64,000 bases of DNA from NCBI GenBank assembly GCA_964658305.1, contig OZ210885.1, forward strand, positions 5,332,001 through 5,396,000. Reading direction: 5' to 3'. Both the position numbers and the translations under genes were made by a program. Each line of letters opens with the position of its first letter. Within the stretch, counting starts at the first letter, position 1. Shown here one piece after another: positions 9,386 through 23,168 of the stretch. Source of the DNA: Leptogorgia sarmentosa. Its lineage: Eukaryota. The notes below the pieces were generated by a model. It had not been told where the DNA came from and did not search any database. It was given only the letters and a program-made list of their open reading frames with translations.

Positions 9386-12314
9386 GGATGAAGGATTTTA
9401 GTCGTTTCAAATATTACTCTGGTTTTCTTTGAACTGACCTTCGCAAGGATCTTGCACAACTGATCTTCCGGTTCGCGCGCTCTCTCATATAGTCACATGA
9501 CTCCATAGCGACCAATGACCAATGATGAAACAGAATTCATTGTAGTCCACAACTTCAAATCTGCAATACATATTATTCTTAATTTTGATCATTTTTAAAG
9601 TCTTTAGTTTACTATAGTTTTAAAGTTTACTATAGTTTTTCAAACTACTTTTTTATGTCTTCAATAGTACGTCTATTTGTTCCTCTCTAGTTTCACGTCA
9701 GGCGTAATTATATCAATATCCATCATAGTCTGCTAAGACAAATGGTCTACACAAAACGAAGTCGTAGTTGTGCATGTGAAGTCCTTAAACCTGGTCACAC
9801 TTGTCGCTACTGCTCGGCGATATTTTGTAATTTCTTCAAACACACAAAACATTTTACATGCCAATGACCACCGGCAATGGAAATCGGATTTTTACGACAA
9901 GTACCTGAACCATACAAGTCTGGACCATGCATTTAGTCGGCAGTAAGCCCTTACAACTTGCAAAAGCACGAGGGAATTCCAACACCGGTGAAATGGTTTA
10001 AAGACGCAATGAAAACACAATACGACTATCATGTTGTTCACATTTGACAAAATTTAGTGCTCTCTTAATTATTACGTGCATGTGGTACGAGGTGACACTA
10101 ACATAGATGAGTTGTATTTCAATTCTGTTCTACTCGGATATATTTGTAATTCCTTCATGCCTCAACAAGTGTCACGGAGTACTGTACGAGGTTTCTGAAC
10201 GATTCACAGACGAGTGGTTTCATACTTATTCTATTCAATCTATAAACTTCACAATATATTTCTAATGTCCTGTCAATCTAGAATTTCAAACTTAACTTCT
10301 CGAACGCCGTGATATACCCAAACATTTTCAATGCATAATCAAGACACGAATACCACAGAGAACGAATTGAAGGAATTTTTTTCACCATCACTGTCCACAT
10401 GAGTACCGCTGACACAAAGTATGTAGTCCATCTTACATTGCGTAATCTATAAAGATATCAAAAATATTTTTAAATAAAAATAGAACATGTGTTAAAGTCG
10501 ATGTTTAGAGTGTTGGATCTGATAAAACACGGACTGCGAGCCTTGAATCAGAGGTGCACTTTTCAAATATCACAGAAAATCGGTCCACATTTCATCCAAA
10601 ACTGAGAAAAAAGTCGGCCCCACTGGTCGATCTCGAGTCATTGAACAAATATGGAGTAACTGAGCGAACGATATTAGAGTACATCGACAGACCCCACCTT
10701 TTAAATCGTCTTTTAGCGGCTGTCAGATCAGATGGGTCTTCTATTAATAAGTATTTCTTGATACCAATGACAAAATCTCTGAAGTAAGCATCCTACTCTA
10801 TGCGACGAACGTCGAAGGAAAACTCCTAAAGAAATATCGAGAATTGACATACAATCATTGACAAAATTAATTGGAACAATACCAATGGTTACCCCCAAGT
10901 ACTAAAAATTGTTGGAGTACCATCTAAAAATAATGAATTATCCCACCCCAACAAAGAAAATTGAATAGCTGCAGAACTACGGAAGGGCCCCGCTTTTGTA
11001 TGCTTCCAGCTAAAGGACACATCACGGTTGTCAAGAATCAGTTTGATAAACAGTATCAACTACAAAAATGTGCGATACTACAAAATTATACGACGACCTA
11101 CCTGAAGATCTGGTCCTTGGAGTTCAGAAAGCAACATATTGTAGTTGTCTGGTTTGAACTGCAGGAAAAACAGAATATTTCATTAGGAATGAATCAGAAT
11201 TGGAAATAAAAATCAAACCTCTTTACATACATTTTCACATTTCCAAATTATTGCGTAGATTGCTTTCCTTGCAAGGCTACATACAGTGGTGTTTTTTATA
11301 AAATATTCACTTTATAGTTTGAGTTAAGAAAACGTGTAAAATTATTCGCCTTAATTCGGCTCGTGTTTCGCGTAAATTTTCTTAACTCTGGCAATTGCGT
11401 CCGATGTGTTAGGATGAGGCCATCCAAACATGGAGACCATGCATAAGTCATTAAGCAATCTTACCGTCCATCCTCTTTTAGTGAAATATACAAGTGTTGA
11501 CATGGCCTTTTCAAGCTTCACATAATTCCTCTGCATTCTAGAGAAACATATTTTGTATTAAATCATGACTACATCAGGAAAATGATATGAATTACTTTGA
11601 TCGGCACGAATAGGAAAACGCACAACGATCTCTGTTGCTATATCTACCCAAAGATGTTCCAACATTTAACAATTAGATTACGAGCTCGATATTTGTACGA
11701 GGTGCATGATTATGGTTTGTGAGGGCGAATCAACCATGAATCGACTATCCCTTTGTAGGAATCAAAAGGGGAGAAAATTGTTCTGATGAAATTAGCACGA
11801 ATTTCAGTGGCACAAGACGCTTGCATCACGTTTTCTCAACCATCACTTCCCTCAGTTTTGTACATCTATGTAATTTTATACGAGGGACCTGCTGAAATAG
11901 GATATAAACCCACATTTTTTTGACATTATTTTCCCATCGCAAATTTCCCTTGGATATAAAAGGTGGAATGAGAGTACCTTGGTTTCTTGCCAACAAACTT
12001 CGCCAGAATGTCCGCAATCCAAGCGGGGATTCTGTGACTGATGTAGGTCCAATAAGTGAAAGCAAGCCTGATAAGACAGAATTAGTCAGGATCAATATAA
12101 TTTCGTATCATGCCGCTGGATAGTAGAAGAATACAGTTGTATTTCCGGTTGAGCTATTACCTTCATAGTCTTATCAGACTTTGTTATCGAAAGCAAATCC
12201 GAAGCTGGTTTTCCACTTGACTTTTTTCGCGCGGCCAAGCAAAAAGTGAATTTGATTGGGTGTTGATGTCGCCGGCCAATCAAGTTGCTTTTTTCTCTGT
12301 TCGCGCGAACAAAT

Positions 12315-12443
12315 TCGCCTGGTGGAAAACAGGCTTAAAACTCCATATATTGTCTACTTGGAAAAGGCTCGGAACCACATTCGCCTGTTGGAAAACAGGC
12401 TTAAAGCTCCCTATTGTCTACTTGAAAAAGGCTCAGAACCACA
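12315..12443. repeat. Two-copy tandem duplication (about 66-bp unit) in a FAR intron
   Basis: TTCGCCTG..GGAAAACAGGCTTAAA...AAAAGGCTC.GAACCACA occurs twice. Confidence 0.75.
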
Positions 12444-15400
12444 GCATGTGAGCCAGGCATGAATACTTACTCTTTCGCTTCAAAAGCAAAGTTTGGTCTC
12501 CTGAAAACTCTCTCGAAAGGATATTCCCAAAGGTAGGGTGAAACAATTTTGCCTGAAAAGTTTACATAACAAGAATAAAAATCTCTAAATGAGGTAAACC
12601 CATTGTATCTTAGTAGAATCATACAAGTACAAGTATACTGTTGAAAATGTTGTAATTTAATTGGTTACTCTAGTCGCTATCTGTTCCCTGATAGACAACG
12701 AGTATAGCAAAACAAGTGAACCATTTTTAAGACAAAAATTAATGTCTTCTGGGCTCGCGCACTTGAATTATGCAACAAAATAATTTCTGCTTTATCTCTG
12801 ACAAACGACGATCAGACTTGAGAGATGGCAGTCACGAATTGTCGCTGGGGACATTTCAGTCTCCAGATTAACAAAATGAATGTTTGATGAATGTTTCAAG
12901 AGAATACACGAGTGTGTTCTGAAAGCGTTAGGAACAGTAAACTAAGGTTGTGTGACTGCTAATTCTCATCCACTCTCATCATCGTTTGATCCGGCCTTTA
13001 AGGTACGAGATTTCCACGACGTTACATGTAAGAGTTGATTTTTGCTTCGCCCCTTACCCTAACCATTACCTTAGCTCAAGATTGGTGATTAGCACTCATA
13101 CTTACCCAAGTCTCCCCATGTCACTGGATTTATGCAACCTGTCGTGCAATGGAATATTGGAATACTTTGTGACCTGCAAATACAGAGTGAATTAATTCCA
13201 GAACAGACTGAACTTTTGCTAACACATCGCATATATCTGCACAAACGGATGTACAATAAGAAACTCGGGAAGTACATTGCTTTTTTCTCAAGTCAAGAAA
13301 AAGTTCTTTACTAAATTTACTAAATTTCACAACCTACAGTAATTCCTAAACGTTGGACAATTTCAGTTTTTAGGTCGAGTTCAATTTGGATAAAAAACAC
13401 AACATGCATATGAGTGATACAGGGTAAAATAATTGCAGTAATGCCAGAATATAAAAAAACTGACAATGTACAGAACTGCATGTTTGATAAGGTAATTTGT
13501 CCGCTCCGAGGCTCAGAATAAGCAACACCCACCATCCCTTGCGAGCTTAGAGTTTGAGGTTTAGCATTTTTGAAGGACAACCTTGAATTAGCTGTATACT
13601 TACCGCTTTGTACCAGCGTACCACCCAACACAGACCAACATGTTGACAGCAAGGTCAACTGGAATGATATCCGACACTGCATTCACATCACCGATCATTG
13701 ATCTCAACACACCTTTACCTGCCTAGAAATTAAATATCACTAGTTAGTCATTAAAAACTCTACCTTCTTAGTCATTTAACAGCGTTGCTGAAAAGCCATG
13801 GGCGGCACATGGTAAGAAAAGTTTCATTGTCAACAACACTGTTCAACGAAACCAACAATACAATAACAAACACATAGTGTTCTGAATGACACTTTAATTA
13901 ATTCGGCGCCAAAAACATAATACGACCCTCGACAAGTACTTACAGCAACAAACAGACCACTTGGACCATTGAAGTTATCAACCCATCCCTACAAAAACCG
14001 AAAAACTATGAGAAAAACTCGAAGGATTTACAGTGTATACTACAGAAGAACAAACTATTTCAATCACGTTGCAATGTATTACGAACATTGCTACCGTGGT
14101 CTTGCCATATTGATCATGCAAATGTATCTCGTATAGCAAATACGACAAGACCAAGGCTAAGTATTTTACCATAAGACCGAGCGGTCGAGGTTGATATTAA
14201 GTAGTCAATTACACAGCATTTGGCCTTTTTTTAAAAAACTTGAACTTTCAAGACTTTCTTTGTCAAAAACGGTGTTGAATCGTGGTTTTGCCTATTGGAA
14301 ACACATGCTATATGATTGTAAAGAATACCGTTAACTTACCGCCATAGGTTCCCTAAGTGAAGCTCCGACAATAGAAGGTCGAAAGACAGCGATGGGCAAA
14401 TCATATGAATGTTTGAATAACAACGACTCAGCTAACGACTTCGTGAAGGTGTAGGTGTTTGGTCGTTTTTCAAGAAGTGCTGGAGTGACATCCCTCAACA
14501 TGTCATCACCCATCCAACTAAATAGTGGAAAAAACATCAACTTTGAGTAGTCAAGGCAGGGCGCCTGGCATTGCATACAGACCTACGTACTGTACGTTTG
14601 ATTTCTGTCAGAGACAAGACGGAAACACCTGTTAACCACGAATAATCCGACATTGTAGGGAACCGACAAAGTGTTGCCCCGAGTAAAAACCAAGTGAATA
14701 ATTAACAATAACATTACGAGCTCGAGATTTCGTAGAGATCGAGTCTAATTTTTCTATTTGTTTTAGTAGAATCAGAGATCAAACATGAAATATTGCACAA
14801 AAGACATGATTTTATTCTTTAACAAAAATCACTTGTTTTGCTACTCGCTATCTATCGAAGAATATATATCGAGTGAAGTGGTCAATCAAATTGCAGCATC
14901 GGCAACAGTATACTAGTATGATTCTGCACTAATGGTTGTTATATGCTACAATTCTTCACCGCGGGCAAGTCGGTGCGATATCTCTACATTTACGTGCCAA
15001 GGAAGTCTTCTGTTGAAGAAACAAAACAGGGCAAATGAAACAACTTTGGAGCTCCGTGATGAAACACTAGTACAGCACTCACTTGGCAATTTCCAGCACG
15101 TTCTTAGCATCTACAGATGGCGGGTAGAATTTCTCTTCCAAAACATCTTTGTCACAGTTTGAATACGCCGTAGACACGTGTACAAATGACTGAAGTAAAA
15201 CAAGGAGACAGCATGAGAAAACGGAGTAATAGAGCCTGCGTGACTACAACTGTGTACAGCATGCTTTGTGAGAATCGTAATAGAAGACGTGCAAAAATAC
15301 TCGCAAAGCATCTTGGTAAGAGCGCAACAAAACGTCATTGTGTATAAAGTCCACTGACATTACATACGAACAAGCGAATTCGAAACAGAACATTACTTCG

Positions 15401-16469
15401 TGTGGTAGACTGTGGTCTCATTGATATTCAAATTGATTCAAATTCTGTATGGTCACAGAATTCCAACAGTTTGCATGGAATATTTTGGTGGACATATACG
15501 CAGACACCACCACCATCAGACGCCACCATCGGTCCTTACGAAATGTATTATAACATGCAGGAATAGAAATTATAGCAGAGTCAGGAAGATTCAGCGAAAA
15601 CCAGGATTCAGTTATACACTCAGATAACTCCTACTGAGTTTAACAGAGCGATTTGCTCAATCTCATCCACTTTTTTTTGGCAGTGATTCTCAAATTTTTG
15701 GCAATGATTCTCACATAATTGAGGATCGTACGTAAGGGCCTTACTAATCTATCGAAGTTGGGAAGACCCATACAACACTTAGAGAATGGAAACCAACCAA
15801 AATCATCAGAAGCTTTACATCTGTCAGAAGGGAAACTGCCGAATCCACTTTTCGCATAATGGTCAGGTAGCTAAGTGTTCAATTTTTAGCAACATACAAA
15901 TGGTCCAGGAGGACAAAACTTATTGCGAGCGCAGGTGGTACGTGGGGTTAGCGCGTTACCTCGTAGGTACTAGCCTGAAAATAGTATTAATTCACAACCT
16001 CAATTCACAATATGCTTAGTGATACGTAGGTTCTTCCAAACCTTGCAAAACAAGACACAACACACTCACCACTAGTTTCTTCAGATTTCGGCAAAGTTCC
16101 AACACATTCTCCAAACCAACAACGTTCAACTTTAAAGCGAGTCTTTTCATAAAGAAAAGAAAAAAACGTGGGTGTTAAAAGATGCGCAATTTTTTTCGCC
16201 AGCGGCGGCGAAATAGTGGAAAACGGGTTTAAGAGTTTTTTTTACAACGATCCCTGAATGCTCAGGGGTAATGTTGGATACCTTAGTTCTTCATCAAATG
16301 TGACAGTTGCAGCGGAGTGGAAGACAACCTCAACAGTTTCATGGAGCAGCCGCTGATCATCCTCGGACAATCCAAGAGAAGGCTCAGACATGTCTCCTTT
16401 CATCACGTGAATGACGTCTTTGTATTCGGGGTGCACTTCACGAACTCTCGAAAAAAGCTAAGAAAACGA

Positions 16470-17782
16470 TTATATAATTAACACTTATTGACTGGGCCCA
16501 AGAGAAACAGTGTGTTTTGTGGACCCGAGACCGTCGATGTTTCCCGAGGCGAAGCCGAGGGAAACATCGATGGTCTCGGGTCCACAAAACACACTGGTTT
16601 CCCGAGGGCCCAGTAAATAAGTGCTTTATTATATACCAATCGTCAAAGAAACGATAAAATAAAGCGGAACAAGTGAACAAGAATGAACGAAATATTTTAT
16701 TCTTAAAATATTAAATTAAATTAAAACATTAGCAGGTCGTCCAAAGGTCGCGTCTTCACGTGATGGCGCACGTGATTTTTTGTTGTTGTTCACCGGTGAA
16801 TAACGTATTATCTCCCTCTCTTGCTGATGCGAGGGAGACAGTCTAATTTCGTCACTCTCACGTGATACGCTCTCGACCAATGAAACACAAGAAAAGAGAA
16901 ACTTTGACGATTGGTATATAATAATTATCACTTATTTACTGAGACCGAACGGCGGTCTCGGGGCCACAAAACACAATGTTTCTCGAGGTTTCAGTAAATA
17001 AGTGTTTTGTTATATAGTTTAGTGTCAAAATATGAATGAATTCACCGGTTTAATACTGGAGTGAACTTTGAAAACAAAAAACAGTGACAGCAGTCGACAT
17101 TTTACTAAATTTCAAAACATCGTACGATTGAATGAACTTTGGACTTCACGGTTGACGCGCATGCGCATTGTGCCCATTTAATTGTTGCCCGGTCAATAAT
17201 TTTTTGATTTTTGACCGGTTGGCGAACATTTATCACTTATTTACTGAGACCGAGGGAAACATTGTGTTTTGTGGCCCCGAGACTGCCGTTGTTGCCCGAG
17301 GCGAAGCCGAGGGCAACAATGGCGGTCGAGGGGCCACAAAACACAATGTTTCTCGAGGTTTCAGTAAATAAGTGTTTTGTTATATAGTTTAGTGTCAAAA
17401 TATGAATGAATTCACCGGTTTAATACTGGAGTGAACCTTGAAAGCAAAAAACAGACATTGAATGGGACGCCTTACGCCATCAAAACATCGTAAAAATTTC
17501 AAAACATCGTACGATTGAATGAACTTTGGACTTCACGGATGACGCGCATGCGCATTGTGCCCATTTAATTGTTGCCCGGTCAATAATTTTTTGATTTTTG
17601 ACCGGTTGGCGAACATGACGTTTTGTGGACCGGCACGTGATACGGTTTTGTCCAATCAGCAAACAGGAAAATTGAACTTTGACACCAACTATATAACAAG
17701 ACGTTTTGTGGACCGGCACGTGATACGGTTTTGTCCAATCAGCAAACAGGAAAATTGAACTTTGACACCAACTATATAACAA
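16470..17782. mobile_element. Cluster of hairpin-bearing non-autonomous elements (MITE-like) in a FAR intron, with internal tandem duplications
   Basis: Long hairpins at about 16482-16623 and 17234-17373 are capped by GGCGAAGCC. Block 16925-17228 is partly repeated at 17230-17615, and 17617-17782 is an 83-bp tandem duplication. Confidence 0.7.
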
Positions 17783-20700
17783 GTCTACATATATTATGAT
17801 GGCAAAACTAAGTCACCCTTCAATTGGGTCAATGTCAGCGCGGGAATTGAAATGCACAAGGCAAGTCTTAAGGCCCTAGTGTCTTAAGGTGCAATTTTCC
17901 CTTGCAACTTGCAATGTAATTCCACTCCTAAGATATAATAATTAGCGAAGTCTGTTTAATATATGAGAAGAAAACATTGGCCAAATTTAATGGAAGCGCG
18001 TATTTGCAAAGTTTACATTTCTCGACAATAGAATTGCGTTGCTTGCAAGAAGAATTGCACCATCTGAAATGGCCATTACTGCATCTTTTCAGTTGGCACA
18101 GTGTTGCAATGTTTGTTTTGTTTGTTTGTTCGCATTTCTGATAAATATTTCGTTCAAACTCAGATCAGAACAAAACGAAATGATTGAAGGATAACAACTA
18201 TTACAAATTACACTGCATTTTATATAACTTTGCAGTAAGATTGCGAGGAAAAGTTGAAGACAAGAGTTTTCTCCCAGAGCTACAATCCTGCATCGCAAGA
18301 ACTGAATCACCAAAAGTGGTCAACAAAAGTGCTTGGATAAAACCCTGCAACTAGGGATGCAAACTTCCCAGATGAGCCCTTGATTTCAACTTCTATGCGA
18401 TAAATACTTTATGTGAAGAAAGTGTCGAGAGAATAGAAACTACATGTGCTAACTCCTTTCCTATTCTGATTTAGGTAACATTGCAAAATGTTCAAAAATG
18501 CATTGTAGGTTTCAAGAAAATTTCAATGTGTACTGTACGTATGTCCACAAAAAGCAGCTCACCTCTGAATGAAGAATACTCTCCACTCTTTCCTTGCTAC
18601 CGACATCGCCTTTTGGTCTCACCAACAAATATATCTTTTTTATATCATGGCAACTTCGAAGCAATTTTTCGAGCAGAACTTTTCCCAGAAATCCAGTGCC
18701 ACCTGTAATGAAGATGGATTTCCCGGCGTAGAACTCTGGAACAGATTGGTAGCCAGACATTTCCATGCTCTCTATTGTACAACAATCACGAACACTGAAA
18801 AAGAAAAAAATATTATGTAGACTGTTGTACTGCGGCAAGGCTGTTCCTGGCACACATTCTACTGTTATGTCGGGACGTCTGGGGTGAATATAAACAAAGT
18901 TTGATGATGTTTAAAACAATGGGAAACAGAAACTGGAAATCATTCTCTGAAAGCTAAGTAAGTTTTCCCCAAATGTAGCCCTAACGTTAATCATAATCAG
19001 ATATTAACCCTTTTTAGCGAAAGCAAGATACGTATTTACGGTGAAATAAACGGGTGGTCTTGCCATATTGATTGCTTCCTTGTACTCAGGGGCTCTCAAA
19101 GACGACGCGACGCGCGTAATTTGAATTTCCATGATGCGCGAAAGGAATATTGGGGCGCGCTACAGTACTTAATGTAAATGTAATGTCAACCATTCAGAGA
19201 CGCCTGGGCACGGGGCAGATATTGATTGAGCGATAGGCGATAGCAACACAGAGTATATATCATACAGAGATGTAACTGTTGTACCCACTATTTTTGTGCG
19301 CATGCTCGGCAAGTTACTAGATGCGTGCATCTGATTGGATGACGACCTGATGACGACTAAATTTAAACTTGCCAAGCATGCGCAGTTGATCATTCTTTGC
19401 CGATCGCATTGAAAAAAAAGTGGGTACGTGAAAATGCGAGTTTTTTCATATTGATTTACACCAGTTACAACTCTGTGATAGCAACTAGGGTTCTACGGCA
19501 AAAATGAGGTTTAATATTTTACCAAAAAGTGTGAGCGTCCGAGGTTGATAGCAATTTATTACATAGCATTTTGGAAATTTTGTTAAAAGTTTTGCCTGTA
19601 CTATTGCATTCTATGTATATCGTAAAGTAGCATTTGTTCGCTACCGGCTACATGCTTGCGAAGTGTTTGCTTTCGCTCATTTTTACAGCAATCCACATTT
19701 CTTTTGTTCTGAAGCGCATTGAAAATTTCGTGACGTCCTACAACTGCATGGGTCCTCCCAGTAGCAACATTCCTATAATTCAACATAGTTTGCTGCATTA
19801 AATAATCCAAAACACAAATTATTTCCCTGGAGTACCAGGAAGTTTTAGCGTTTCAAACAGTTTCCCAAAGAACTCTCAGGACACACATTGATAACCGATT
19901 ATATTCTGAAGTGTTTATCCTGAATAAAAATTTACTCTATCTAAGAAATGCCTTTGATCAAAACTTTAACTTATTGTATCGTTTAGACTGCATTTTGAAT
20001 GTCATTATCTGCTACCAACACTGGCGACATCATGTGAGGCCGGGTATATTTTTACTGTATACAAAAAACAAAACGAAATACTGCTTTTCATACACACAAC
20101 TGAACAGGTACTTAAGAAATAATATAGGAGCCAGCTTATACTTTGCTATACTACTCACATTAATATTACTCAATTATACAGGTAACTTATTGTACAGCCA
20201 GATGAAGTTAATTTTTTACGATTCTTGGTAATGGTAAGATTTTTTAAGGACCATGGCAAAACCATGCAAGAGTGTTTGAGTCAGAGAAAGGAAATAAATT
20301 TCCACTGTCCCGGAGTGGTGTATTCTTAGACTGTGAGTAGAACTTTTGTTCCTTGTTGGGAGTAGATGCATTAAGATATCAGAGGGGATGGCATGTTGAT
20401 ACAATATTGTTCAAGTATATACAGGGTTGTTGAATATAAGAATCAGAATTCAGAAAATAAAAGCTTGTAAATTTAAACAGTACCATATTTCAGCATGCAT
20501 GGAGAGCTAATCTTGGTATAGTTTAGGACTACTGCATGTTAATTAGGCTAAATATGTCACATGAATTTCAAAATCATCAAGTAAAATTGCTTCATTCCCA
20601 GTCATGCTAGGGTTAGAAGTAAGGGTTTGGGTAAGGTTTCATGATTACACTTTAAGTTTCAACAACAGTCTATGTGATTTTATTTCGAATGTAAAAATAC

Positions 20701-21860
20701 ATCCAAGTTGCCCTGCATAATCTTATGATGTTTACCAATTTTACCATTCACAAATTTTAAGATATTTAAAATTTTACTGAGTATTTCATTTGATCCAAAC
20801 AAGTTTCCTGTCCAGAGAAATATTTCTAAATTCACAAATAACCTTGAATAGCAAATGAATAACAACTGGCTCCAGATGTCAGAAAGGTAGGACGTGAAAC
20901 CTCAAGAGGGCAGAGGGATTTTCATTTTCCTTTGTAGAAATGGATCTTTTCAGGAATGACCTATTCTTGGCAAAATCTTGTCAGATCATTGCAATATCTT
21001 GACACGATCATGAATGCAGGATTGTAAAATGTTGCAGGCTTTTAACAAGATCATTCAACAGGACCTAGAAGAATCCCTCAGAAACTGGGAAAGATCTTCG
21101 CATCTTGCAAAAACATACTTTCAATCTAGATACAGTTTTGCAGAAAGATAATTTGACATAATTTACTGGTTGTTTGTGGTGGTATTTGGAGCTTCAGTGA
21201 GTTAATGGGCAAGTATGACAAAAATTGATTTAAGAGTTGGAGACATTTGAGTCTCAATAGATGTGTTAACATTCAGTTTATCTTGCTACAACTGCTCAGA
21301 TATGAAGAAACATACATGTTCAACAATTACTTGTCATTTGGGGAAAATTCATGTGACTGAAAGCAAGCAATTCAGATGCTGAATTATTGCATTTTTGTTT
21401 TGACACATATTATAATTTATTTCAAATAATTCAAGAGTTTTGATTGTTTAAGCTAAGAGCAGTGCAATAAATCCTCATATACGATATTATGATGTAATTA
21501 TGTCGTATATTGAAAATTATACGACATTATGACGTCGACTAAATTTTCTGCATATGCCAAAAGCGGGAAAATTGTGGAAAATACAAATGGCTTCCTCAAA
21601 GGAAAGGTTCTTCCAAACGTTTATATTGAGTTGAAATAAATTTGTTTGATTTAATTTTTGTTTAGCTATGTTGAATTGCTCTGACTGCGACCTTGAAATG
21701 TACAACAGCTATAAGAACATTTTCTCTTGTAGTCTGATTGGCTTATTCAGTCTTGCGAACACTATATTATTGTTCTATTTCCAGTACCTTGCAATTGCGT
21801 GTTTTTGCAAGCGCTATATACAAATAAATAATAAAACAATTATTGAATTCGGTCCTCATG

Positions 21861-22866
21861 TAGCCTCCTCCGCAGGCATCTCTTGTCTCTGATCTCTTCT
21901 TGTCTCTGATCTCTATGTACTAACTGTAGTGGGGGCGGGGAAAAAATTCGGAGAGATGCCTGCCATAAATCGACACAATAACTTGCACTGCGCATACCGG
22001 CTCGCGCATACAAATCGTTACTGTGGGGGGGACATAAAGGCAACATTGAAGTAATTTGTCGGCTTTGTCATTTGATACTTTTTCTTTGGGAGTGGGGAGA
22101 GGCTATTTTGTTATCAAAATACTAATGCGAAAGCTGAAAGAGAGAAAAATATAATTGAGAAAATATCGAATCTCCCCGCGTTTGATCCATTAAATGCACG
22201 CGGTTTTCACGCTAGTTGTGAAGAAGAAGGCCTAAATGTCTCAGTTCAAGCAAATTGTTCACGAGAGGCAGCAATTAAAATGGGATTACTGTTCGTTGAG
22301 TTGAGCGCTTTACGGAATATGTCAGAGTCAAAAAACGTTGTTGTTATCGACTCCAAATTGCAACTTAAAGAGTTGTATGACGTTAAGATAAGCAACGGGG
22401 AAGTATTTGTGGAATTAATTCAAGTCTTAGAACGATCTTGATCTTTGGTCGCTTCAATATCTGCGGCAAGCTTGCCTAACTGTGTTTTTAAATTTTGCGT
22501 ATCCCTTAGCTTCACTTGTATTGCCGATTGTCTCTTTCTCACATCCTGTACAACGCTACGGTAATCTTTGCTAGCAATCGGCAAGGAACTTTTCTTGTAA
22601 ATTGGAATCTTTGAAGCCATCAGGAAAACACTGCCTTCGCTCTTCGATCGAATCCGACAAACTGAATTTATAATTAGCTAGGACGCAAAAAACTACTTAG
22701 GGGACCCTGCTCCCGTATGACGTCCAATGAGGTGCCATCAGACGTCCACTTTGTTCGATTTATGGCAGGCATCTCTCCCGATTTTTTTTCGCCTTCCCCG
22801 ACACAGCTAACCCAAGCCGAATGTTAAAACTCTTAATAACACTAGAGATGCCTGCGGAGGAGGCTA
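21861..22866. mobile_element. Academ-like non-autonomous DNA transposon (TAG...CTA ends, 9-bp TSD), nested in a hairpin MITE
   Basis: TIR TAGCCTCCTCCGCAGGCATCTCT / AGAGATGCCTGCGGAGGAGGCTA. TSD GTCCTCATG at 21852-21860 and 22867-22875. Confidence 0.75.
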
Positions 22867-23168
22867 GTCCTCATGGGATATGGGAATTATTCAGGCCTCG
22901 GTTTGTGTTATCTGCCTCAGCCTTCGGCTTCGGCAGATAACACAAATCTCGGCCTGAATAATTCCTCATATCCTACTCTGCCTCATTCAATAATTGTTTA
23001 ATATTCTACCCTTTGTGTATGATTTTTCAGTGATGCAAGTCAGAATCAGCACTGAACTGAGCCTTTCAGACAACTCTAAGAGTCTCAAGAACTTATCCTA
23101 TGCTCTACAAGATCGATCTTTGAAAGATATTGGAAGATCCCAGGTAAGATCTTACCAAGATGATGCTG

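Larger units (their letters stand above)
4990..9540 (-). mobile_element. DIRS1-like tyrosine-recombinase retrotransposon, 3'-truncated and defective
   Basis: Overlapping gag, RT-RNaseH-MT and YR ORFs. A 58-bp 5'-terminal sequence (9483-9540) is inverted at 5113-5170 with one mismatch, consistent with an internal complementary region. No right terminal repeat was found. Confidence 0.9.
10278..18766 (-). pseudogene. FAR: Fatty acyl-CoA reductase (FAR1/male-sterility family), 14 coding exons, with one in-frame TAG in exon 13
   Basis: GT-AG exons in consistent phase: 18563-18766 (ITGGTGFLGK), 16282-16457 (VFHSAATV), 16070-16142, 15083-15189 (FVHVSTAY), 14340-14517 ([13 protein letters not shown]), 13944-13988 (GWVDN), 13604-13722 (DIIPVD), 13106-13173, 12471-12552, 11978-12067, 11465-11537, 11102-11158, 10698-10825 and 10278-10446 (hydrophobic C-terminal segment). 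TAG at 10793-10795. Confidence 0.9.

Noticed and set aside
15960..15974. Possible FAR micro-exon (cag GCTAGTACCTACGAG gtaacg)
   Set aside because: The flanking exons already join in phase to give a normal FAR sequence (LKKLV-SFVHVSTAY), so nothing supports an extra exon.
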